From contig OZ059895.1 of assembly GCA_964057225.1 (NCBI GenBank), forward strand, positions 8,060,001-8,124,000: a DNA stretch of 64,000 bases, written 5' to 3'. Position 1 is the stretch's first letter; each line of letters opens with the position of its first letter. The position numbers and the translations under genes were made by a program. The DNA is from Auanema rhodensis (taxonomy: Eukaryota; Animalia; Nematoda). The notes under the pieces were generated by a model. The model ran no database searches, was not told the origin of the DNA, and saw only the letters and a program-made list of their open reading frames with translations. This document shows, piece after piece, positions 39,203 to 52,822 of the stretch.

Positions 39203-40353
39203 ATAAGAAGGAAAAAGAAATAAAGTGCATAGCAAAGAAGTACAAGACATTCTATGACACACAGAGACATACACAGTAACATACATTTGATAGTTGAAAT
39301 ATAAACTGCCAATATAGTTAGTAGTATACTACATACATGTACATATACATATGTATATTCATACATCTATGTATATCATGAGGGCAAACCATATGATCAG
39401 GTTCCTTTCCGTCTTCTAACTTCCATTTTCTTTATTTTTTCAGTTTCCTCACAAATTGTTTCTAATGGTTTGACACACACGGCTTCGTATGAATATCGTA
39501 GTTAAAACAAAAAAAAAGTTTTTTGGTAAAAGTCCGAAATAGAGAAAAAAAACTTTTTTTAAAACTCATTATATTTCCATGTTTTTCCATAGCCAAGTTT
39601 AAAGTTTTGGAACATTTCTCATGTCATCACACCTATTCCTTTCATTCTAAAATCAATAAAAAGACATTTGATTATATAATAACATTAACTTTTCATCTTT
39701 TTTGTTTTATATTAAAAATAAATTTAAAGTCGAATTGACTGACCAGTTTTCCTTATACTTATACTACTTTGAATCTTCAACCTCCTCACCTTGTCAAGCT
39801 GATTATCACAGCATGACATATCCATATTAAGTTGGCAGTTCCAGAATAACATATCTGCAAGTATGACTGAAGTCAAGAAGTTTTCACTGCGTCAGATGAT
39901 ATAAACAACACGCTCATATGATTTATGTGACCAGAGGGGGGGGGGAGGAGGAGAAGAGAAAAGAAGAGATGAAGGGAAGATGAGAGGGAAACAGTCAAAA
40001 TACGTGTAAGGAATTGGGCAAAAAAAATGAAGAAAAAAACATCAACTTTAACATTGACATGAAAGTGATGAGATGAAAAAATACGATTTAATATGAGAAA
40101 TTATTCAAATTTTGATAAATACTTAAAGAGAAAATTGGGGGGAGAAATGAATGGCGCGAAACATCAGAAAATATAAAAACTTTAACAGCAGTTAGAGAAG
40201 AAAAAAACCTAAATGAAATAAAATGAGGAAAAATATAAGAATTATGAACAAAGGGGACTGTTTACAGAAAAAAATGAACAAAAAAATATTTGTTGGTGCT
40301 TAGTTTATAACTTCAGAGTCAACTGGATATTACATCTGTACTGGTACCTGATT

Positions 40354-40398
<45 letters not shown>

Positions 40399-40797
40399 TC
40401 TCTCTCTTCCTCTCTCCCCTCTCTCCCTCGATATTTCTGTTTCTCTTCAAGTATAATTCATTCAATTTTTTCTCTCTGTATCTTTATCTCATTCTCTTTG
40501 TCTAGAATGGGTAGAAAATGCTTTAAAGACGAAGGGAAATATAGAAGAAAGGCTATCTTTTTTAGCCAAAAATGCTCAAATGAGCTTCTTCCTCCAGCAT
40601 CAATAATGACTTCCGGATGATCTCTGAACTTTTTACAGATGCTGTGTCTTCCTCCTCTTTTTACCGTTCATATACATGTATCAGTTATTCTTTCCAGACA
40701 TCTACAAGCAGCTTTTTCCAAAAGTTTTCAAATTGTTTTCTTTCGACTATCGTTCTAGTACATCTGTCACACCTTCAACATCCGTTACTCGACTCAC

Positions 40798-40856
40798 CTA
40801 CGCTTCGTCGAATGTGTTTCACTTCCTCTTCTTCCTTGTTTCACCTTATGAAGCAT
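40798..40856 (-). CDS. tom-1: Candidate distal alternative first exon of tom-1 (MLHKVKQGRRGSETHSTKRR)
   Basis: ATG..AAG CGT AG|GTGAGT: phase 2 and a KRR end, the same phase and residues as the proximal exon 1 (AAA AGA AG|GTGAGC). Confidence 0.5.
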
Positions 40857-43360
40857 AAAAAGTAGTTCAAAACATATTTCTGAGTTTATTTATAAAACAT
40901 TCAACAAAGCTTTTAGTTAAATATAATTAAAATAAGAGGGGGAGGAAGGGGGGAGGATAAAACTGAAATTATCGTCTGAATTGAAAAGTTATAGCATCTT
41001 TCTTTTTTGGAAGACTTGTCAGCTAAACCAAAATTTGTCATTCAGATGTCATATGAATTCTTTTATGAATCTCTCCGTATATGTACATATGGGAAATATT
41101 AAATTCAATATATATATATATATATACTATATAGGCTTTTTTCATTTTTTTATATTTAAAATATTTTTTTTTAAAAATATATCAAAAGAAATATCAAAAA
41201 ATTCATGGAGTTTTTTCTTTCATAAATTTCATTTTTCTTTTCTTATTTTCTTAAACAATAAAAAAAATAATCAGTTTGAATATCGTATTTTATTTTTTTA
41301 AACAAAACAACTAGACGTTCAAGATAACCTAGACGATAATTTAAGATTATGAATAGTGACTGATTTGAATATAAAAACAACAAAGATTGCAAACCAGCAA
41401 AAAAAAAGAAAAAAAATGAAAATCGAAATTCAAAGTAAGCTGTATATGTATTTCTTTTTTTTTTCTTTTTTTTGAATTTGACGCTGTTTTTTTAGCGGAC
41501 GTTTTCTAACCATAAAATGAGAGAGTATTGAGCATTAGGTTTTGGTAGAATAAGTCAAGCAACCGTTCAACACTACTTGAAAATGAATGGATTTGGAAGT
41601 TTTTGAATGTTGATGTAGAAGATGAGAAAATAAGTTATCCATAACCAAGCGTGATAGATTACGTCAAAAATTAGCATATATAATTATATTAAAATTTCAC
41701 GTAAACTATATAAGTACACATACATTTAACATAAATAACATGAATTGTAAAAGCTAGATGAGCTCTAAATGGCAAGAACAAATAAAATAATTTGAATTTT
41801 CACAAAAAAAAAACCTTCAAGAGAAAAGTGTAAGGAAAGGAGAAAGGGAATATGTATATTTCAATAAAACATGTAGAACATTAGGAGGGGGGGGGGGGTG
41901 TAGAGTGAGATGGGAATGAAGAAGAAAAAAACGACAACGATGACGACGTAGACTAGATGTAGAGGGCAATTTTAAGACAAAAAAAAACCAAAAATGTAGT
42001 CAAAGAGCATTAAACAAGGCAGTGTGTTCATGAGATGAGAAAAGATCGGAAGAACGACGAAATAATGACGAAAAGACATTGCAAAAGGTCGACGTATACG
42101 CATTCATCCAAAGTTAGCTGTTGTATCTTGAGAAAGATTTGTCAGGACGTAAAGCTCTTCCGAGGTATGCTATAAGCGGAAATATGCATCATCGACTACG
42201 CTATTTTGGCTCTGCTTTTTATAGAAGAATATGCAATTGAAGATTTTTTTCGACAAAAAATAGAATTTCGAGCTGAAATTTCGATTATTTTGCGTGTACT
42301 TTATGAGTCAGATTTCCGATGTTTGAGAAGAAGCCTGATGTTCTTTTCTCGGCAAATTATTCGAAAGAAGTCTTATAAAGAAAATGAATTCTTAATTTAA
42401 TTTGAATGGCAGTACATTCATTTCTAATGAAAATCTTTCGCTTTCTTCAACTTTTTTTTTCAAGTTCTTCTTGTTTTATCCTTTCAGAAGCTTCAGAAAA
42501 GAAAAAAATCATAAATATTAGGAGTTCTCGTGAAATCTATAGAAAAAATCTCAAAGATGAAGAAGAGTGAAGGATGAGAAGAGGGAGTCGATCTTCTGGG
42601 AGACGAATTGAAAGAGAGAAAGAGAGATGAGGCAATGCAGGAAAGAGGTGGAGAAAAAAAGAAAGAGAAGGTTCGAAAGACAGAGAAATGAGGCTGAGCT
42701 TGAAGAAAACAAAAGCCTTCTTGACTGCTTTTTTTTCTGTTTTACAATTGCTAACATGGCACATCGAATATTGACTTAAACATCGAGTGCATCGGATGGA
42801 GGCATGATCATGAGACTGACAACGTACTGCTTGACGTCTTATCTCTTCGTCTGTGCTTGGAAGTTCGGCCATGTGCATAGTAATCTACCAAATTGAAACT
42901 TCCCGAATAAAATAATTTTTTTTTGAAAGTCAAAGAAAAAAAAGTGAGCAAATATATTGAAATCTAGAAGTTTTACCGACACGATAACACCATAGTTTTC
43001 ATACAAATTTATATTAACAGCTTCAAAGTTAAAATATAACATATTTACGTTTAAGTGAGAAAAAAAAGAAAATGAAGTAATATTAAATGAGTTTTGGCAT
43101 CACTTCTAGGAAAAAAGGAAAAGATTTTTTGCTGAAAACAGAAGTTTGACGATGGTAGGGAGGCGATAGGTTGTGATGATAAATACTCTTATCAGAACGA
43201 GAGTTTAATCTTTCTCAACATTCTCTTTTCATTTAAAAAAATGTAATTTTTTATAATATATGATCCACCTTATGATATGAATAAAGTGACTGTATTGAAA
43301 CAAAAATACAAAGTATGGTTTATGTTAGAAAGAGTTATCAGTTGTTGATTCTTTGTTAAA

Positions 43361-43413
43361 AGAGAGAGATAGAGAGAGAGTGAGAGAGGGAAATAGAGAG
43401 AGAAAGAGTGAGG

Positions 43414-43456
<43 letters not shown>

Positions 43457-43537
43457 GGAGAGAGATAGGGAGAGAGTTAGGGAGAGAGTGAGGGAGAGAG
43501 TTAGGGAGAGAGAAATAGAGAGAGGGAGAGAGAAGAG
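43361..43537. repeat. Degenerate purine (GA) repeat
   Basis: GAGAGA runs interrupted by GATAGG/GTTAGG units. Confidence 0.85.
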
Positions 43538-44551
43538 GTAGAGAAAAAATGTCTTAAAATGATTTTTATTCGTTATGGTTAGATAGCTGGTTTTATTGTG
43601 TTCAGAAGGACCATGTAGGGGAACATGGAACGATAATTAGTTTAGAATATGAGAAGATGTCATTCTGACTAAACATAGCAAGAAACCAAGAGAGTAGTGA
43701 TGGATAAAAAAATCAAAAGATGGCTATATAAACGATAAAACGAATGAAAAAGCACTAGTAGCAGATGTTCCAATCTTTGTCTTCTTAAACATCATCAAAT
43801 TCTAATTTTTCTTACTCGAAATCTGAGTTTACGATGAGAGCTGGATGCAAAACCATAGCCGTCACTGAGATGATCCAAACAAGCTTGTCGTTTGCCTTCA
43901 TTTGCCAAACCGATCTGCACATGCTCTCTTTATTTTCCTGCCCACACTCTCTCATCGTCATTACCACTGTTCCAAGTTCATTGCATTGCGAAAAGCCGGG
44001 GGGTGCAATGCCCTTCGGTATCAGATGGAAATGCTTCAAGAAATTCAAGATAATCTGCTCAAACACAAACGGCTTTTGGGTGGAAAAACGGAAAAAGAAA
44101 AATTTAAAAACAAAATCCAATCGAAATCCAAAATACCAATTATCCCTTTTCTATGGTTTTAAGAAAAGAAGACATAAAACATTAGAATGGAACGCTTAAT
44201 CTTTGACAAAAAAAACATTTTTTCTTTCCACAAATAGTTTATTATTTTGAATATATCTTTATATATATATAGATTATAAATACATGAAACAATTATTAAA
44301 TACATGCAACTTAAGTTGAAGAAAAAAGTTTTTTTCCGCAAAAACAAATGATAAGATTAAACTTATATTTCAAAGTTATTCCTTTATATCTGATCAAAAT
44401 TGTCTATAAAAAAAAGCTTCGAAAGGCAACGAAAATCAGTGAAATGAAGAAACAAATAGAATAATAACTAAAATCTATTCAATTATTTGAGAACAATTTA
44501 TGAAATAATAATTAATTAAATAATAAAAATCTAAATTTTCTAATTTGTCAA

Positions 44552-47500
44552 TTAGAAAAGCCAGTCATCCTGCTTGTCTTCTGCCGATTCTTGTACTGGA
44601 CCTACAGTTGGAAGTTTTCTGAAAATGCCGATACAGTATTAATCATATTTCTTCATTTTTTTTGTTTCTTTAAATTCTTTTTCTGATCATTTCAGTTTTT
44701 TTTTCAATTTTCCGTGTACGTACGATGGTGGAGTGGCGTTCAGCTCTTCAGCTTCATCATTATCCTCATTTTCCTCAAATGGAACCGGATCTTCTGAAGC
44801 ATCTTCTCTGGTAGCAGGCTGTTGCTCATCTGACGGCACATCCTGAAACATCACATCACAATGCTGAATATATATCTTAAACAAGAAATACGGACCATTT
44901 CCTGAACATGCCATCCATCTCCAGTTTGGCGAGCTGGTTGTACTACATTCGAATCTCTGATCTCATTGTTATAATTTGAAACTGAAATTTAAGAATAGAA
45001 TAAATAAACTATGAAATTGAAATAGTTAGAAGATCAAAAAGATTATATATTATATGTATAGTTAGTAAAAGTAATGTATAAAGAGATGCTTCAAAGAAAT
45101 AACCTTGTGGATTAACTCTGCCGCCAACATAAGTTGTTCTCTCAGTGTCATCTATAAATAATATTATTATCCAACGTTAAGCATTACGATTTATATCATT
45201 TTTTGGACATTTTTTTTTATTAAATTCATTATTTTTCATAAAAGATGTGATCAATGGAACATATAATTAGATATAATCAATTATTAAAACTTATTTCATT
45301 CTATGAAATACGTAGAAAAAGAATAAATGAGAGCTCGAAGATAAGCGGAAGGAAGAAGCCGGAAACTCTAACGGAAATATATTTTTCATCAGGCTAATGA
45401 CTTTAGGAAAAAAGGAAACGAGACACCTTCGTCAGGCTAATTAAGCCTCTCAAACTCTTTTTTATTCTCTGGAAAAAAGCACAAATAGTTTACGTTTGAA
45501 AACTAATCCAATTCCTATGTACAGGATGTGGATCACATACATGCATACATCAGCATACATATGTAGTATATAGCTATAGTAGTTAAGTGATAGGCTTTCA
45601 TGATTCAATCAATTCAAACTCTTATTGAACGTAATAACGTATGTATATTAAGAAATAGTGAGAGATATACCTCGAATCATATTGCCAGCAGCAACTCGTC
45701 GAAGATAATCTTCACGACGTGCTTGCTCTTCGAGCTGACGACGTCGCTCTTCATGCTGACGCCTTTCCTCATTCATACGTCTCAACGTTTCCATATGACG
45801 TCGATAGTTTTCATCCTGATTACGCGAATCATGAACATCCTGAGGATAATGTTGACTGCAAAATAAAATTATTTTTTGACATTAACTACAGCATGTCCAA
45901 CTTGTTATTAGCAGCATTGTTAGAATTGATACGTACGTTCTGAATGTGTGGATCAGAATACAGATAGTAATAACTGAAATTTCAAATAAAAACCTAATTT
46001 CTAAGACAATTATTCGTTAACGTACCCTCCGCGCTTCTCGTACGTGTTTCCATACTGATCACGGATAAGATGAGGTGGTTGAATTCTGGCAAAACGTTGA
46101 GTATCATCAACATCTGATGATACACCTGAATTTACTCCATGTTGTCGTCTATAATATGAATAGTATTATAGTATTATGATAATTACGCATTTTACCTATC
46201 TTCCACATTGTTTGTAGCTTGATCATCAGCATTGCTTGGACGAGCACCATGACCGATTTGATGTCGAGTACTAGTGCCTGTTCTATGTCCATAACCTTCA
46301 GAGTTTCCATTGGATTCGGAATAAGCTACGTTGCCTTCTTCGTCTTGTCTATCAGATCTTGGAATCGTTGATTCATCGGCAGGACCAATTTCAATTTCTC
46401 GTCCTTCATCAGGTTGGCTGTTTGTTCTCGATTCATATCCTTCAGAGTCTTCTGCGGCTTGTGAGCGAGTATTATGGCCAACTTGATGAGGGTTATGAGC
46501 TCTGATATCATCAGATAAGTTACCATTAACTACGTCAGCCTTATTGGAATCTTGACTTTCGGATGCTCCTGCAGTTCCATGATGTACTCTGTGTGTTGCT
46601 TGATGATGCTGAGTACTATTGTTTCTCCACAAATATCCTTGAGCATCTCTAACTCCTTCATTATCTGAATTTTGGCCGCGAGTTCTTGTATCATAGCCAG
46701 AGGAATCTACAGGACGAACTTCATGCCCAACATGCTGCTGATTTGCACGATTTTGAGAATCAACAGCATTAAAGCTTGAAGAAGCTGGTTGTTGGTCATA
46801 TTGATGTTGAGCTCGCTGTTGCTGAAGATATTGTTGTTGATAGTGTTGTTGTTGTTGTTGTTGTTGCTGTTGTTGTTGATAGTTATATTGATCAGGATTA
46901 CGGTATTGATATCTAAAGATTTAAATGATATTAGTATGATATCATTAATTATACCTTTGTCCACTGGGGTGTAATTCTCCATTATGATGTTGACGTCTGA
47001 AAAAAATATCAATTCAAAAATATATTATTTCAAAATACAATGTACAACCGATTTTGTATAATTAAAAAATAAAAAATAAGAAAATCAATAAACTTGATTC
47101 ACGTGAAAAGCAAATGTCATTTCACGTTAGTATAATTAGATTTGGATTAATAACATTTCTTTCTTTTTTTTTCTGTTTCTATTTAATAATAATAATTTAA
47201 TAAACTTCTTAATTATTTTTCTAATTATATTACTTTAAATTTAATTATAAATTATGTTCAGCACCAACAAACCTTTCATCAGAGTATGAATTTCTTGGGA
47301 CAGTTTGATAAAGGACAGGAGCTGGCATCTGAAAAAGGGGAAGCTATTGTAAATTATTAAAATATTTATTATGAAAAATAAAAATATTGTTAATTATATC
47401 TAAAAATTAGTTATTTATTTATTTTTTTTTGGTTTTGTAGCAAGGTTAAAGACGAATAAGTTAAAGCTCATATAAAGCATTACAAAAAAAAGTTTTATTA

Positions 47501-50051
47501 AAACAGGAAAGACATACAAAAGACAACAAACGTTAAAGATTACAGATGAAAGAATATAAAGCTTACCATGCAGGTAGGAGATGAAACTAAGACTTTATGG
47601 TAAGGCTAAGGAGAAGTTATAGGTGTTTGGATTCTTAATAAACTGTTGGTCGGTATAGATAGATAGGCTAAGGAATGCATGGTAAGCATCGAAGGATAAA
47701 CATCAGCTTGAGCATGATTTCGATTGATCATCTTCGAAAGGAATAGGAAGAGATTTCGGAAAAGTGGAATGAAGGAAAATGCACGTCATGCTTGGATCTA
47801 CATATTCTTCGTTTTATTATTAGCAGATTAAGATAACAATACTAACTAGTTCATATTGCTTTATGGGAGACAGTTGGTCAAAGGGAAAACTGGCAATGAT
47901 TAAGAAGAAACTGCTTTTGCGAATAAAAAAAAGAAAAAGCTACAAGGATTTGTTTGAATATAAGAAGAAAAAATTTAAAAAAAGGTTATATATGTACAGG
48001 AAAAAAAGGAAAAAGCAGGTCTAGTTCCCTAGGAATAGAAAACTACACAAAGATAAATGCTATGATGTTCCGAATATAGCAACCAAGGTACAGGCAAAAG
48101 AAAGTAATACTGGGATGGTAGGAGAGCTGGTAATTCCATGAAGGAACGGCAAAAGGATTGCAATTAGCTAATCATCGTGATTATAGTGAAAGGCTCAAAG
48201 GCATTTGCTTACAATCATACATTCTGGATGACGAGGGATGGGAGGGGGGGAGGATGGATTGAAGTAACATGCTAGTTGTTATGGATCAGACGATTATCAA
48301 GAGGTATGTATGAAAACCAAACAAATACATAATGAGGACAGTTAGACTAACATAAAGAGAAAAACAGGTTCATATAGGGATAACACATGAAGATTTCTAG
48401 ATGAGGTTCTTAAGCCTATGAAACTTAATTCCTTAATAGGAATTAGCAACATAATAAGGGCCACTGAACATCACAGGTGGACTCACTCCAGGCTTGCGAC
48501 GTAAAAGCCAGACACGTTGAGCAAACTCATCACGTCCTTTCACCTGTAAATTTGAATTTAGCAATCTTGTTTCTTAATCAATTTCTATAATGTGAAGCAA
48601 AGCGATATAAATGATAAAACTGACTTCAATGAAGCTCTTCTCCTCTTCATCATCACGACCACTGACTCCCTGATAGCTGTGAGTCTGTATACGAGCATCA
48701 CCATAAATAACCTCATCATTTCCTTCATATTTAGCAATACGATGCTCATGGAATCCAAGAGTACTCTTAGCATCCAAATGAGCTTGTGTCCATTCAAATC
48801 TATAATTATAACAAATTATTTTCCAATTATTCATAATTGTTTGAACTATTCTATACTCGTAATCATCTAATCAAACTATAATCTGCTTTTATAGTACAAA
48901 TCCAATTGATAACAGATTATCTTTTTAGATTGAAACAAGAATAATCAAAATTCTTATGATTCAAATAAATTTTCATTTCATTCTTTATTTTTTCCTTTAT
49001 TTTATCTTATTCAATCCATATTGAGCTTCATTGTTTGATAAGACTTATATTGATTATTAATGATAAAAATGCCTAAACGTAGTTTATGATTCACATTGTT
49101 TAGCAGCATTGAAACACTCCTGCACAATGTCCATTCCCCTTTCTCTCTCAAACTTTTCTTTTTCGTCTTCTAGCAACACAGAGCTTTTTGCTTATACATG
49201 TTACGCAGCTTGGATTTTGCTTCTTTCATAATTTATTTTTACAATACAAGCAAGATTGCTCACGCCAGATCCAAATGGTCATTTTATCGCAAAAAAAAGC
49301 AAATACTCATCAATAATTTGCTTTTTTTATTATCATTTATCAGTAATTTCCGTTTCCAAAATAGCAAAGTTGCGTGTTCATCAAAAAAAATTGTAAGAAA
49401 TTTGCCTCATCAACATGGTACTCCTCTTGTTCAAGGAATGCAAGAAGAACTTACGGATTTTCGTCGTGTGGACGATAGCGACTACGACTGAGAACACGGA
49501 ATCCTCCACATACATCAATGATTTCTTTATCTAATCCAACAAACCAAGCACACACACGTCCATCTGAATGAAACATAGAATTTGGAAAAAAAATGATTGA
49601 AAATACCTGGACGAATGGTGGCATGTCCGAAAGCTTCATAGTGTGTGTTACCATAGCGGGAGCGGGTAATCCTTAAATATTAGTATGTTTCTTTCAAAAC
49701 TATTAGTAACTGACCAGTAAGCAACATATCCATCAGCAACTGGAGATTGATCAAACTTCAAGAAATCGGATTTTTGTCGTCCATCCTTAAAAGATCCATC
49801 ATAGCCAATCGTTGTCCAGTAATCTTCACCGATGAAAGAGCCAGCTCCTGTGCATCGTCGTGGACGAATCTCAAGCGGTTCAGGCTAAAACCAATTAAGC
49901 ATCAATCAAATCAATATCAACAACATTTAATTAAAAATTCTAAATGTGAACAACAAATTACCCGTTTTGCTTCTCTGTACGAGCAACGACCAGCAGAAGC
50001 CAAATCAGCCAGTAGAACGGCTCCAATGAACAAGATGGTGATGCTATGCAT
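44552..50051 (-). CDS. Secreted protein: signal peptide, one MFP2 (cytosolic motility protein)-like domain, and a long Q/acidic disordered tail
   Basis: About 16 exons join in frame: MHSITILFIGAVLLADLASAG.., EDYWTTIG..GYVAYW..FGHATIRPDGRVCAWF..GGFRVL..FEW..IYGDA..WLLRRKPG|MPAPVLYQ.., poly-Q, E/R-rich helix, ..EDKQDDWLF*. The MFP2 assignment is by remembered motif similarity only. Confidence 0.75.
47567..47605 (-). CDS. Candidate 39-nt cassette exon (PYHKVLVSSPTCM) in the MFP2-like gene
   Basis: tctccttag|CCT TAC..TGC ATG|gtaagc, phase 0-0 inside a phase-0 intron. Confidence 0.5.
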
Positions 50052-52731
50052 CTTAAAAACTAAATTATAGTATAACTAATATAACTAAACGATAAGGTCA
50101 AAACTGAAAAGAATCAAAAATCATTGAAAAATGTTCGAATACAAAGAATACAATTGGTATAAACCGTATAACACCGATGATTCAAAAAAAAATTTTTTTC
50201 AATTCAATTCTTCAACGAAAAAAATTTTTTTTTTTAAATATTTGAGAAATTGAATCTCTGATACACAAAGTCTATGTGACATTTCATCTGTTTATGCATC
50301 AATTGAAACGACAGAGGAAAAAAAAGTGGTCGAAAGAGGATGATGTGAAAAGGAAGATGAGGAAGAAATCCATTAAATTTATCAAAATTTGATTTTTTTT
50401 CTTCTATGTAATACATCGAACATTTAAAAAAATTAAAACCAATTAATTGAACAAACATTCATAGAATATTAAGAGAATAGCGAACAATGAATATATGCAA
50501 CAAAACTCAAAAACATAATAATTCGTACAGAATGGATTTTTCACTTAAAATTTTTTTAAAAAATAAGAAAAAAGTCATTTTTTATGAAAAAAATCCATTT
50601 CATCAGGTCATCAAAAACAAAAAATGCAACTATTGGATGGATATACAGCGTGGGAAAGTGTTCCTTATATGCAATATGTAGTTTGAAACTATATTGATTC
50701 TGTAGTCAAAAAAAAAGAAAATAAAAAATAAATAACATAAACTGATGATGAAAGCATGAGAAACATTTGAATTCAAACTACTTTCTTTTTTTTTTTCAAA
50801 AGACCAAAATTCTTTAAATTTCCATAAATTTCTGCAAACTCATTGATTCTGATTGTCCTGACGATTGGCGAGAATGGGTAGATGTCGTGAGCATTCAAAA
50901 GGTACATGGAGAAACGGCATCGGTAAGCAGCATAAACTTGAAGAGCATGATGCATCGGCGTGGCTACGATATATATAGTAGCGGATTCAGAATTAAATGT
51001 CGGTTTGCATGTATTCTATATACATGGAATTGCAATTTCTTATCTTCATTTTCATTTTTATATAGAAAGATGATAGAACGAGATTGAATAGAAATGAAGA
51101 GGAAAAAGAAGAAGAAGCTTGAATAAGAAAGAAAGAATAAGTTGTATAATGATAAAATTGGAATATAAGCATTATTTTTAGGACTAATTAATTATCACTG
51201 AATCATGTTAAAGCTGCGTCAAGCTGTCTGTCATCACAAACTATGTATATATAGTTTTTAAATAATATCTTCATCAAATTTCTCTCTTAATAACTATTTT
51301 GAAAGAGAAGTATATGTAAAAATTATAAAATTTATAAAAAAATTTCAATCACTATGTCTTGAAATTATGAAATAAACAATCAAAATTTATTTAATATCAA
51401 TGTTTAACTGTCAAATGAGTGTTGAGAGGCTGAGCTAATGTGTGAATAAGGTTGTATGAGATCGTTTTAATTTTGCCGACTCAACATCTGATGTTTCTTT
51501 TATGATCAAACGATCAAATATGCTTAATAGGTATAAATTCTTTTGATATATATTCTATTGTATATGTATTATAGAAATATATATTTATATATATAACATA
51601 TAGTTAATCTAAATAATTAGAATACGTGATGTTCACGTGAATTATCGAATGAAATGATTGTGTAGAAAAGTGTGTTAGTTTATTTAAATGATTGAATGAG
51701 AAGAGAACGGTTGCACTCCTCCTCTTTCATTTCAGACAATCATTCGCTTACTTTGTGTCTTTTTAGAGTTGGCAGCCTATTCCAGCATGTTTTATATAAT
51801 TTTAGGAAATTTTTCAAAAGAATAAAGAAGACAAAACATTATTTAAGAATTTATAAAGAATGACTCAAATTATTTCAATATAAATAGCTTCCTACATGTC
51901 TTTGACATTTGATTATTGATACGATAAGCATTAACGGTTTATATTATCCAACAAAAAAAAAACTATTTCAAGAAAAATTATAATATAATAGTTTTAATGT
52001 ATTAATAACTGAAAATCAAATCAGCAGACATTTTTTTCTCCCTTTCTTTGAAAAATCAGTGTAAGACTAATTAAATGATCTGAATTTTTAGTTATCTTAT
52101 CAATAAAATCTTATTTCAGCAAAAAAAAATCATCACAATAGCCATTAGATTGTTTTTTGCTCTAAAGACAAGAGATGTGTTGAAGAAGTAGGTGATATGC
52201 TCATGATATCAAAATGAGAATAGAGTTAAAAGCTTCTCTTCAGAACTCTGGGTTGAATATTCAAAATTAGAATGCGCACATATGGCATAATCAACATAGT
52301 TAACATGATATATGTTAGTATTTGACAGTAATGAGATAGTTTAGTTTATTAGATCAAATTATAGCTTTAAAGTCGTATCGTTCATCAAAATACTTATTGA
52401 AAACATATTGATAAATGAGTTTTTACTAGAAATTCTAAAATTTAAATTATCTAACATAAAAAAATTTGTTTTGTCAAAAAAAAAACATAAAAAGCATGAA
52501 TAACCATATATGACGTCATATTCACACATATGAACGTGTGAAGAAAGAATCATATATCATAATATGTGTATAATGCATATCGTTATCAAGTAAGCAGATG
52601 CTGAAGATGATGGGTACATGAATTGAAATTGAAAATTGATAATCATGACCACCCTTTGCGAAAATAGAATATATTACTATATATGTACAGTATAGAATTG
52701 TTTTTCAAATTACTGTATTAAACCAATTTCT

Positions 52732-52751
52732 TTCTCTCTCTCTCTCTCTCT

Positions 52752-52817
<66 letters not shown>
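52732..52817. repeat. (TC)n microsatellite
   Basis: Direct reading. Confidence 0.9.

Positions 52818-52822
<5 letters not shown>

Noticed and set aside
39792-39818. TATCACAG (miR-2 family seed) in a small hairpin
   Set aside because: Hairpin only about 26 nt with the seed in the loop; too short for a pre-miRNA
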